Shown here in pieces: positions 1 to 11,721 of a stretch of 64,000 nucleotides of DNA (the stretch's first letter is position 1; every line of letters begins with the position of its first letter). Below the pieces are notes generated by a model that worked only from the letters and a program-made list of their open reading frames with translations, did not search any database and was not told where the DNA came from. The DNA is taken from positions 28,458,001 through 28,522,000 of the forward strand of contig OX597835.1 in assembly GCA_951406725.2 (NCBI GenBank). The letters are read 5' to 3'. The position numbers and the translations under genes were made by a program. The stretch is from Octopus vulgaris. Lineage: Eukaryota.

Positions 1-670
1 CACGACTGAGTGTAAGCGCCCTGAGAGAAATGCTGGACATCATAGTAGAAGGCACTTGCCCAAGGTGCCACGCAGTGGGACTGGACCCGGAACCATGTGG
101 TTGGTTAGCAAACTACTTACCACACAGCCACTCCTGCGCCTTGTATATTACATGAATGAATGGAGAAAATACACATGTGGGAAACTTTCGTACATGTAGG
201 TAAAGAGGCTGTCACCCACTCAGGTTAGTTTGGGGGTACTTTGGGAATAATTAAAAAAAAAACAAAACAAATAGATGCAGCTGAATATATAACTAGTCCT
301 CCTCCCACTGCCCCCAATCCCAGTGCAGTACGACCAGATAAATATAAATGCAACAACGTACAGAAAATAGCACTGCCAGGTGCACGCACACACACACGCG
401 TGCATGCACACATTGTGTGTTATACTTTAAATAGACCGATGGGAAACAAGACTAATAGAAACACATGTTGTACCCAAGGTACTCAGAGTTGTGTTGAGAT
501 ATGCAATGATAACAGTCAATAAAATAATTATGTTGATGATGATGATGACCACAATGAAGGCTTATTTTTATTATTATTCAGAAAAAATAAAAACAAATAA
601 TGATAATAATAATTATCTTGATTTCTTTAATTATATTATATATAATATAATAAAACTAATCATCATCATC

Positions 671-709
<39 letters not shown>

Positions 710-710
<1 letters not shown>

Positions 711-1620
711 GAGTGAGAGAGCAGCACATGTCATCAAAGTGACAGTGGGGTAAAATAAATGAAGCCCACTATACCCATCATGTCTACCCGTCTGGTAGGG
801 GTACACTAGGCACTTGCATCACAACCATATGTGCGCGACATGGTGATCTCATATCATGATAAAAAGCGCTTGACCTTGCAGGTGGGGCCCAGTTAGAATT
901 TTCTTCAGGTTGAGTAGCCCATCCCACTCAAAAGGTCCTTGAATGAGGGTTGTTTAAGGATGATGAACAAAACACACGTTCCCAGTGGTGAATTATCCAA
1001 ACCCCAAAGAATTCCCTTCTCAACTTATGGCTGTGATGTTCTCCCACTTCTGTTCGTGAGCAAAGATGCACATATCGTCAGCCACTAAGGGACATGCTCA
1101 ACTGGTTATGGTCAAACAACTGACAAGCAAATCTGTGGTATTGAGCAGAATATTTGCTGTAGCCCATCTTTTTATATCAAGATAAAGCAATCAAAATCGA
1201 AATCGATCAACATCAATGGAAATTGCAGCTGTGATACCAGTGCCGGTGGTATGTAAGAGAACCATCTGAATGTGGCCGTTGCCAGCGCCGCCCCGACTGG
1301 CCTCATGCCGGTGGCACGTAAAAAGCACCATCCGATCGTGGCTGTTTGCCAGCCTTGTCTGGCACCTGTGCCGTTGGCATGTAAAAAGCACCCACTACAC
1401 TCACGGAGTGGTTGGCATTAGGAAGGGCATCCAGCCGTAGAAGCATTGCCAGATCAGACGGCCTGGTACAGCCTCCTGGCTTCCCAGACCCCAGTTGAAC
1501 TGTCCAACCCATGCTAGCATGGAAAGCGGACGTTAAATGATGATGATGATGATGAAAACAATGTACATGATAACACTTCCAATCAGTTAAGATCAGAAGC
1601 CACGAGAGCTACTGCCTGGT
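710..1620 (-). mobile_element. Family F interspersed repeat ((TAA)n-tailed), interrupted by a family D element
   Basis: Reverse complement matches 47465-48030 and, partly, 27945-28100; ends in (AAT)n on its own strand. Confidence 0.8.
1186..1554 (+). mobile_element. Family D retroposon (internal GGCACGTAAAAAGCACC repeats, AGGAAGGGCATCCAGC core, GGACGTTAAAcGATGAT tail); representative of more than 20 copies or fragments
   Basis: Near-identical copies at 4855, 21690, 26280, 31050, 38820, 46375, 49565, 51146 and 54331; this copy has a degenerate TSD (AAAGCAAT/AAAACAAT). Confidence 0.85.
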
Positions 1621-1869
1621 ACGGTTATTTGACATTTGATACTTTCAAGCATATTTCAATTGCATCATCTGTGACACCGCTGTGTTGCTGAGGTATATGC
1701 AGGACTCTGTTGTTTTTTGCTGTTTTTGCTGGTAGTGGTGGTGATGGTGGGGGGAGTATTATATTGCATCTATTTGTTTAGTTATGGGGTTTGGTTGCAG
1801 TTTTTTGTTTTATTAGTGTTTGTGTTGTATGTTGTTTGTGTTATGTGTGTTCTTCTGTTGGGTATCTGG

Positions 1870-2090
1870 CTTACTCTTTTACTTGTTTCAGTCATTTGAC
1901 TGCAGCCATGCTGGAGCACCGCTTTTAGTCGAGCAAATCGACCCCGGGACTTATTCTTTGTAAGCCCAGTACTAATTCTATCGGTCTCTTTTGCCGAACT
2001 GCTAAGTGACGGGGACGTAAACGCACCAGCATCGGTTGTCAAGCAATGCTAGGGGGACAAACACAGGCACACAAACGTATACACACACAT

Positions 2091-2123
<33 letters not shown>

Positions 2124-2282
2124 CGACGGGCTTCTTTCAGTTTCTGTCTACCAAATCCACTTACAAGGCTTTGGTCATCCCGAGGCTATAGCAGAAGACA
2201 CTTGCCCAAGATGCCACGCAGTGGGACTGAACCCGGAACCATGTGGCTGGTAAGCAAGCTACTTACCACACAGCCACTCCTG
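1870..2282 (-). mobile_element. Family A tRNA-derived SINE with internal (TA)n/(TG)n
   Basis: A-box TGGCTGTGTGG and B-box GGTTCAGTCCC; matches + strand copies at 20822, 23588, 28923 and 53395. Confidence 0.85.
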
Positions 2283-3384
2283 CTGTTTTTTTTTTTGCTG
2301 GTGGTGGTGGTGGTGGTGGGGAGTATTATATGGCATCTATTTGTATTCCATCTATGGGGTTTGGTTGCAGCTTTTTGTTGTATTAGTGTTTGCGTTGTAT
2401 GTTGTTAGTGTAATATGTGTTCTTCTGTTGAGTATATCTGGCTTGTTTACGATTTTGTGGAGGTTGTTTATTTTATCGGATATTTACTATATAAAGTGTG
2501 TCTTGTGTTTGTGGATTATTTTATTTGGGTTGTAGCATTTTGAACTGATAGTGTCTTGCGTAGGAGGTAGGCTGTTCCTAGCTGGGCTCTTTTTTGGATA
2601 ATAATAATAATAATAATAATAATTTCTACTGTAGGCACAAGGCCTGAAATTATTGGGTAGGGGACTAGTTGATTACATTGACCCCAGTGCTTAACTGGTA
2701 CTCATTTCATCGACCCCGAAAGGGGGAAAGGCAAAGTCAATCTTGGAGGAATTTGAACTCAGAACATAAAGGTAGATGAAATGCCACTTAACATTTTTGC
2801 CCGGCGTGCTAACGTTTCTGCCAACTCACCTTACATTCTTATATTCTTTCATTTGTTTCAGTCATTTGACTGCAGCCATGCTGGAGCACTGCCTTTAGTC
2901 AAGCAAATCGACCCTGGAGCATATTCTTTGTAAACCTAGAACTTATTCTATGTGTCCCTTTTGCCAAACAGCTAAGTCACAGGTAAACACACAAACACAG
3001 ACACGCATACATATACACATACGAAGGGTTTCTTTCAGTTTCCAACTACCAAATCCACTTACAAGGCTTTGGTCGGCCCGAGGCTATAGTAGAAGACACT
3101 TGCCCAAGGTGTCATGCAGTGAAACTGAACCCAGAACCATGTGGTTGGTAAGCAAGCTACTTACCACACACCCACTCCTATGCCTAATTAATTAAAATAT
3201 ACTATTAAAATATAATTAAGATATAATATTTTTGAAAGAGAAATATAATGTTGATCAATGTTCTTCTAGCATTCATTTTGTTAATACATAAGTGCCACGC
3301 AGTGGGATTGAACCCAGAACCATGTGATTAGCAAGCAAGCTACTTAACACAAAGCCACTCTTGCACCTATATGTGAAACAATTA

Positions 3385-3550
3385 TTATTGTTATTATAAT
3401 TATTCTTCTCACTCCCGTTTTGTTGGAACTCCTGGAATCTTGCATGCATAGCAGACTTGTTACCTGCAGACTATAGTACCAATGCGATCTGTTCTTTTTA
3501 ATTATCTAATACTTACCTGATCATTGTGGCCGTGCCAAGGAGGCAAACCT
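3385..3550 (-). mobile_element. 3' end of R4/Dong-like (RLE-type) non-LTR retrotransposon
   Basis: Minus strand reads KVCLLGTATMIR*VLD (QKxxLLGTAxIxRxVL C-terminal motif), then a short UTR and (AAT)n. Confidence 0.6.
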
Positions 3551-3964
3551 TGATTATATTGTTATTTTCATGCCATATGTTTACATGGTTGTGTATTACA
3601 TCTGTAAAAAGGCTTTAAATGTCAAGGTACAGCATATTTATATAATATTGTTACTTCATGAGAAACATACTTTCAGAATAAGCAGCTGTTATTGCTGTTT
3701 AGCCCTAGGCCAGCTCTAGTTGAGCAGTCTCAGACTGAAATGTATTTAAGCTGTGATCATTCTATCAGTTTTCTATTTTGTTTTTGGTAATGTATGTTGT
3801 ATCCCAAAGAGGCGTGGCAGTGTGGTAAGAAGCTTGCTTCCCAACCACATGATTCCAGGTTCAGTCCCACTGCGTGGCACCTTGGGAAAGTGTCTTCTGC
3901 TATAGCCTCGGGCTGACCGAAGCCTTGTGGGTGGATTTAGTCAATGGAAACTGAGAGAAACCTG

Positions 3965-4004
<40 letters not shown>

Positions 4005-6157
4005 TTTAAAAAAACCCACCTTTTATCAATTCAACATTGAAAAATTTAATTATACTATATAGAAAAGAATTCCATCCTTAGAAAAAATTAAATATAAGAT
4101 AAAAATATATACCAATGATTAAGTAATGTATGAAATAATAGATAAAACGTATATATACCAAATATATACGTTTTATTTATTATTTATTATTTTAGTATTT
4201 CTTTACTATTAGTATTTTAGAATTTATTTTATTATTTATTATTTAGTATTTCCAAATTGAATTCTTCCCTGTAATTTTGGAATTATATTCCCTAATATGT
4301 GTGTGTGTGTGTGTATGTATGTATATATATGTGTGTGTATATATATATATATGTGTATATATGTGTATGTATATTCATATATATTTATATGTGTATATAT
4401 ATATATATATATTTATATATGTGTATATATATGTATACATCTATGTGTGTGTGTCTTTGTGCCTGTGTTTGTTTCCCACCACTGCTTGACAACTGGTGTT
4501 GGTGTGTTTACACCCCCCATAACTTAGTGGTTCAGCATAAGAGTCTGATATAATAAGTACTAGGCTTGGATAAATAAGTTCTCGGGTAACCCTTCAAGTT
4601 GGTGCTCCAGCATGGCTGCAGTCTAACAACTGAAACCAGTAAAAGTTAAAAGATTCAAGATATGTGTATGCACATTTAAAAAAAAATAAGGTAGATCTTG
4701 ACTGAAATTCAGCTGTTATTTCTAGCATGCTGAAGAACCATGTAGATTCCACCCTCTTCTTTATCCCTTGTAGAATGAACTAAAGGATGTAAGCTTTTAA
4801 GTTTTGAGGTCTTGTCGAGATCTTATATTACTTGTGTTCAGAAGCTTGCTTTCCTGGCCTCCATGCCGGTGGCACGTAAAAAGCACCATCCAATCGTGGC
4901 CGTTTGCCAGCCTCCTCTGGCACGTAAAAAGCACCATCCAATCGTGGCCGTTTGCCAGCCTCGTCTGGCACGTAAAAAGCACCCACTACACTCTCGGAGT
5001 GGTTTGGCGTTAAGAATGGCATCCAGCCGTAGAATCATTGCCAAATCAGACTGGGCCTGGTGCAGCCTTCTGAATTCCCAGACCCCTGCTGAACCGTCCA
5101 ACCCATGCTATCATGGAAAGCAGACGCTAAACGATGATGATGATGATTCTGGGTTCAGTCCCACCGTGTGGTACCTTGGAAATGTATTTTCTACTAAAAG
5201 CCTCGGTTCGACCAAAGCCTTATGAGTGGATTTGGTAGATGGAAACGTATATATATGATGATGATGATGATGATTACAAACAAGGTTTTTTTTTGTCTTT
5301 TTTTCATAGAGACCATTATGTCACTGATGATGTTTTAAGAGACAAGTTTTTCTTTTTCTTTCTTTAGCTTTTCGCAAAGAGCCCATCACATGTCACCCTA
5401 CAAAATGCCCCTGTCAAAACCTCTGTGTCATTGATGTCAGTGTGATTGTTGACACAGGCGTTATAGGTTCCATCATCATTTCCTTAACTCCATCCGGGCT
5501 GATGTGACATCTCTATAACGACAGAAACCATGACATCACATTTCAATTTTGTTGTTTACTTTTTAAATTTCTATTATTTTCTTTTCCGTTCCTCCTCACC
5601 CAGACCGTTTCCCAATCATGTGTATGTGCATCACGTGTCTGTCAGAGTGCAGCTGCAACTAGTACGCATTCCATACATCAGCTGATGTCTTTTTATGTTT
5701 CTCCCATCCCCCTGTCTCTCACTACCTTCCCTCCACCCACTCACTGGTAGTTTTGTTTTCTTTCTTTGCAAGTCAGCGAACTGCTCAAACAGCAGAAAGC
5801 GGTAACCTTTTCCACAGATGTTGTTATGGTGGAGGTGCACCGAATGCCCTTAGCACTAAATGCTTCTCCAAATCATTATCTCTTCTCCAAACCAGCAGAT
5901 CCATCATGAAAGGCATTTGATCATGACCATCCCACCTGAATGTTCTATGTTTGGCTATCTTTTATTTTTTCTCTCTTCCTTGTTGCAGTCATTTGACAGT
6001 GGCCATGCTGGGGCACCACCAAAAAGGGTTTTAGTCAAACAGTTTGACCCCATGACTTATTTTTCTTTTTTAAGCTTAGTACTTATTATCTCAGTCTCTT
6101 TTTGTTGATCTACTAAGTTACTAAGAACATAAACAATGGAAACTGAAAGAAGCCCAT

Positions 6158-6204
<47 letters not shown>

Positions 6205-7315
6205 TTGGCGTTAGGAAGGGCATCAGCTGTAGAAACACTGCCATACTGGCCTGGTGCAGCCTTCGGGCTCCCCAGACCCCAGTTGAACCGTCCAACCCAT
6301 GCTAGCATGGAAAACGGACGCTAAATGATGATGATGATGATGATGATATGTATATGTATATAATCAAAGTAAGCAACAAGGATATAGTAGTACAATTGTT
6401 TCATGCTACTTCATTTTATTAAACACTGTAAGTATTGCATCAGTTTTAAAATGTCGAGCAATCTTCAGTCACTTATAGAATTTTCCAATTAAACGGACAA
6501 AGCACCCATTTGATTTATATGGATAATACCATACAAAATTCTGGTGCCTTTAACTTAAGTACCATATTCATCTGAATCTAAATTTTGCTGAACTTATAGT
6601 GTATATATATATATATCTGTCTGTGTCTTTGTGTCTGTTTTTCCCCCTACATCATCATCATTTAACGTCCATTGTCAATGCTGGCAACCAGTGTTGGTGT
6701 GTTTACATCCTTGTAACTTAGCAGTTTGGCGAAAGTGATTGATGGAATAAGTATCAGACTTAAAAAGATAAGACCTGGGGGTTGATTCATTCAACTAAAA
6801 ATTCTTCAAGGCGACAGCATAGTAATATTGGTGGGAACGAGGTTGATTTTGTTGAGGCTTTCTCTCCCATTGCTTAATTTCTTCCTTTTGTCTTCTGGTG
6901 GCCTCAAAGATTTTGGTTCCAATGGTGATGGGACACTGCCACTTAGTATGGTCTCGGGGCTTGTGGTTCATATGATTTAGGCTCAAGTCCAGTGACTTCC
7001 AGTATTGTTTTGAGTTGGTCCTTGTATCTTTGAAGATCAGTGTTTCTCAACCATTTTTTGCCCTCAGCCCTTTCTTGATCTCCATCCCCCTGCATAAGAA
7101 CATGCACCTTACCATCTATGTTCTATGCCCCACTTTAATTTGAGAAACCTTGATCTGGAGTGTCTTGTCAACATCCCATTACAGACTGTCTGACACTCTG
7201 GTGGCAAAAATAAAACCATCACCCATAAGGTCATGCTTTTTGAAAAAAAAAAAAACCTACTATTCATATACATCATGGTGACGGAAACCACTGCCCATCA
7301 AGCACAGCATGGAGT

Positions 7316-7620
7316 GGAGACACATGGCCTAGTGGTTAGAGCAGCGGACTCGCGGTCAAGCGATTGCGGGTTCGAATCGCAGACCGGGCGATGTGTGTGT
7401 TTATGAGCAAAACACCTAAGCTCCATGCGGCTCCGGCAGAAGGTAATGGCGAACTTCTGCTGACTCTTTCGCCACAACTTTCTCTCACTCTTTCCTCCTG
7501 CATCTTGCAGCTCACCTGCGGTGGACCGGCGTCCCGTCCAGGTGGGGAACCTATACGTCAAGAAACTGGGAAACCGGCCCTTATGAGCCAGACATGGCTC
7601 GAGAAGGAATATACAACAAG
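7316..7620 (+). mobile_element. Family E SINE with tRNA(Arg)-like head
   Basis: TGGCCTAGTGGTTAG A-box and GGTTCGAATC B-box; second copy at 36975-37258 (-); same head at 25135-25515 and 25860-26148 (-). Confidence 0.85.
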
Positions 7621-7951
7621 CACAGCATGGAACTCTCTCAGGTGGGGACTGCCTCATAAGTTGTGACTTCTTTGTTCTGTTACCGCTGTGAGTGATTTGA
7701 GGAAGATTTGACTGTCATTTCTAGCGAGCCAGTCCACCACATCGATGTTCTTTCATTCATTTCTCATAAACAACATATTAGTTAACTTACAGGTCTAGAT
7801 ACATTTCCTTTTCTCACTAAATTACTGCTTCCAGTAATTATCTAACTGAATTACTACTATAATGCGTTGTAAAAATTTATCGTCCCACTTTTTAAAGGCA
7901 ATCAGTATCTCATTATCTTTAAAGATTGGTCGCAGGAATACTTTGGTTTAG

Positions 7952-7996
<45 letters not shown>

Positions 7997-10079
7997 TTAA
8001 TTTTTTTTTTGTATTCATGTTTGAAGAAGAGAAGAGGGTAGGTAGGTAGAGGGGCAGGAAGAATGACCTAAAACAAGTCCTCCAAAGATTTTGCGTAGCA
8101 CAAAATAGATCATGCATGACTGTCCATTAGTAGGTACCGATGGGCTGGAGTACTGGTGATGGGGGTGGCGACGGCGATGGTGGTGGTGGTGGTGGTGGTG
8201 GTCGCAGTGGTGGTAGTGGGTGTGGTGTTTGTGTAGTAAGAAAAATTGTAAACAAAACAAATTAGATTTGTGTGTTGTTTGAAACTAGATCAGCCATGCC
8301 CTACTTTGATTTTCAAAACAACTGTGCATCTCAACAACAACCACGACTATCAACACCACCACCATCACCACCATCATCTTCATCTTGACAGTGTATTAGT
8401 ATTGGGCTCTCTTCTTGCAAAGATACAGTCTGCTTGGCCAAGTGGTTAAGGGGCTCTCCTTGCAGTCATGATATTCTAGGTTCGGTCCTACTGCCTGGCA
8501 TCTTGTTTGAGTGTCTTTTACCACAGCCTTTGGTCAAAGCATGTCTTGTGAATGAAATCGAGCGGATGGAATCGGTAAGTGTATGCTTGTGTAATTGTGC
8601 TGGTGCCATGCAAAAAGTACTCATGCCAGTGTCATGTAAAAGTACTTATGCTGGTGGCACATTAAAAGCAGCCAGCACATTCTTTAAAGTGGTTGGCATT
8701 AGGAAGGGCTTCAACCCATGCCATCCACACATACATGCATGTTCTTTTCGGCCACCTCTGTCTGTCACGTGCACCTTCCTTGTTCTACTGGGGTAGCCAA
8801 GTATCTTCTCTATAGCAAAACAACTATCTGTCCATTTATCACACTCTAACCTCTCACCTGGTACACAACTAATCCCCTTGGTTCTGCTCCCTCTCTCAAC
8901 TGAGAGGTTTTTGCCTTGCAAATTACCTGGCAACTCCACTGGTGCTGGTGCCATTGCCATATAAAAAGCTCCTGTGCTGTGCCACATAAGAAGTACCCAT
9001 TACATTCTGTAAAGTGGTTGGCATTAGGAAGGGCAACCAGCCACAGAAACCATGCCAGAACAGATGACTGGATTCTGGTGCAGCTCTCCTGCTTGCTGGC
9101 TCCAGTGAAACCCTCTAACCCATGCCAGTATGGAAAATGGACATTAGATGATGATGATGTATTTGTAGGATTCTTGACTGCTTACGTATTAATTCAGGTA
9201 ACAGGTAGCTAAGTTTGATCAAATGACTGAAATGCTCGTTAGTGAAACCTGTCAGAGAACGAGAGTAATTTACTTTGTTTACCTTTGCACTTTGTAAACA
9301 TATGTCTCTAGGCGCTGTTTTCCCCCGCACTCCCAGCCCCTTGCAAGTGGGTCGGGGTTAGGGTGGGTCATGCGGCTTTTTACTGTACTTTTGGGTTGAT
9401 ACCCATCTCCACCCTCTTCTGAGAGTCTTGTGAACGAGATTGGGAAGAAATACTTGAGCGGCGAGGAGGATAGCACAAGCTTGATGGTGATGGTGGTGGT
9501 GGGAGGAGATGATGAGGATGTTGGTGATGGTAGTGGTAATGATGATGATGATGGTGGTGGTGATGATGATGATCATATCTAACCCCCCCCCCCCAAAAAA
9601 AAAACTTTAGTTTTGGGCGCTTTGATTTTATTGAGAAGCATTTTAATTTTTTCCGTCAAAGTAGAAAAATATATAAAAAAAAAAGAAGGGGGCAGTGCTC
9701 TCTTTCATGATTCTTACAGAGTTGGCGTATTATGTTTAACCCCAGGTCAGCCCTGATCATGTACCCATATCAGCACAATGTAATAATGAGACATAGTACT
9801 CCTGTTAAATCACCGTGATATTATGAACGCATCAAATAATCTTGATACTCTCTCTCTCTATGGTAGTTATTGATTTTTTTAAACAATTTATTACTTCGCA
9901 CGCATTCATTGTACTTTGATAATTTGTACTTTTTTCCCTTTTTTCTTCATTTCCTTCATGGTAAAAACCTTCTTGCATATTGTCTTCTACTCATTCACTC
10001 TGTCTCTCCCCCACCCTCACTTCCCACCCTCTCTTGCTTCTCTTGCTATTTCACTTTCTCTACATGCATTCCTTTTCCT

Positions 10080-10810
10080 AAGCTGCTCTTTCACCCTGCC
10101 TCTCTCTCAGTCTCTCTTTCTCAGTCTCTCTCTCTCTTTCCCTCTCTCAGTCTCTGTTTCTCAGTCTCTCTCTCTCTCTCTGTCTCGCTCTGTATCTCTA
10201 TCTCAGTTTCTCTCTCTCTCAATCTCTCTCTCACTCTCTCAGTCTCTCACAATCTCTCTCTCTCTCTCTGTTTCTCTCTCTCACTCAGTCTCTCTCGCTC
10301 TCAGTCTCTCTATCTCAGTTTCTCTCTCTCTTTCAATCTCTCTCTCAGTCTCTCTCTCAATCTCTCTCTCTCAATCTCTCCCTCTCAGTCTCTCTCTCTC
10401 AGTCTCTCTCTCTCAATCTCTGTCTCAGTCTCTCTCTCATTCTATCTCCATCTCTTAGTCTCTCTCTCAGTCTCTCTCCATTCTTTCCACTCTTACTCTT
10501 TCAATCTCTTCCTCTTCCCTCTCCCCAGTCTTCCATCTCTCTCACTCTGTCTTTATGCCTTTCTCCTCTCCCACCTCTTCTACTGCTTCACAATGTGCTT
10601 TTGTTTTCCTTCTTTCATTTACTATTGTTTCATCATGTCTTTAATTTTTTCTCTCTCTCTTTCCCTAATGTCCTCTCACTCTTCTCCTGTACTCTATCCC
10701 TTTCTGTGTTGAGTGCTTCGTTTGTGGTTTTGTTACTAATTTGTTATTTCAAGTATATTCCTTGCTATTCCAGACTGCTCTCGGCTCTCGGCTCTCTCTC
10801 TCTCTCTATT
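10080..10810. repeat. Long (CT)n-rich pyrimidine tract upstream of SLC7 exon 1
   Basis: About 700 nt of TCTC/TCAGTC repeats; source of the spurious Ser/Leu ORFs. Confidence 0.9.
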
Positions 10811-11243
10811 GATCAGTCACTCGACGTCGGAGAACTAAACAGACTTTCAGGCAGCTAAAAACCTACATTTTTACCTAATTAAAAAAAAAACAAACAAAAA
10901 AATTACAAAAGAAAACAACAACTAAAAGACAAAAAAAACAAACAAAAGCAAGCATACAAAAAAACAAAAACAAAAACAGGAGCAATTCCATATCTGTGAA
11001 AACCAACTGAAGAAACTAAAGACGAAAACAACAACGACAAACGTACAACAACAACAACAACAACAAAAATGGTTGGAAAGAGACTTTGACAAAAGATCAA
11101 CAACAACCACAACAATTGTACAAAGATAGCTTTGTATTATTTTTGTTGTGTGTGCATGTGTGTGTGTGTGTAGTTATTATTTAAACGTCCACCTGTGTCC
11201 ATCTGGTGTTTAATCTACAAAGCCAAATACAGTCAAATACAAA

Positions 11244-11721
11244 ATGACGAAAGAAAAGTTTAAAATTCCGACTTCCGAGCCGGACGTCACAGACAGCAAT
11301 GAAGACACTTCAGTGAATTTGAAACCCAAAATGAGTCTCCTCAACGGAGTAACAGTCATTGTAGGGAGTATCATTGGATCAGGCATTTTTGTCAGTCCCA
11401 AAGGAGTACTAATGGAGGCTGGCAGTGTTGGATCTTCTTTGATTATCTGGTCAGCGTGTGGCATCTTCTCCATGATTGGAGCTTACTGCTACGCTGAGCT
11501 TGGGACTCTCATAGTGCGGTCAGGTGCCGATTACGCCTACATTTTTGAAGCATTTGGTGAATTTCCAGCATTCCTCCGTCTCTGGGTGGAGTGTATGATT
11601 GTTCGGCCTTGCTCTCAGGCCATTGTTGCTTTGACGTTTTCATATTATATAATCGAACCTTTGTTTCCTGACTGCGAGCAACCTGGTGTGGCAGTTCGTC
11701 TCCTTGCAATCATTTCTATAT
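11244..11721 (+). CDS. SLC7 coding exon 1 (478 nt, MTKEKF...LLAIISI; TM1-TM3, C144)
   Basis: ORF with GSG motif; donor T|GTAAGT at 11722. Confidence 0.95.

Noticed and set aside
3509-3519. ATACTTACCTG, identical to the U1 snRNA 5' end
   Set aside because: No further U1 similarity; the bases belong to a minus-strand retrotransposon remnant
1659-6442. ATTGCATCA (ATF4 amino-acid response element consensus) at 1659 and 6434
   Set aside because: Fits an SLC7 gene, but both are distant single 9-mers in AT-rich, repeat-adjacent DNA, so chance cannot be excluded
7038-7153. Possible small hAT-type MITE (CAGTGTTTCTCAA...TTGAGAAACCTTG)
   Set aside because: TIR is imperfect and no TSD is recognisable; too weak to list
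7316-7390. tRNA-like sequence
   Set aside because: Acceptor stem does not close and it runs into a SINE body; a SINE head, not a tRNA gene
9870-10712. 280-aa and 180-aa Ser/Leu ORFs
   Set aside because: Translations of the (CT)n tract
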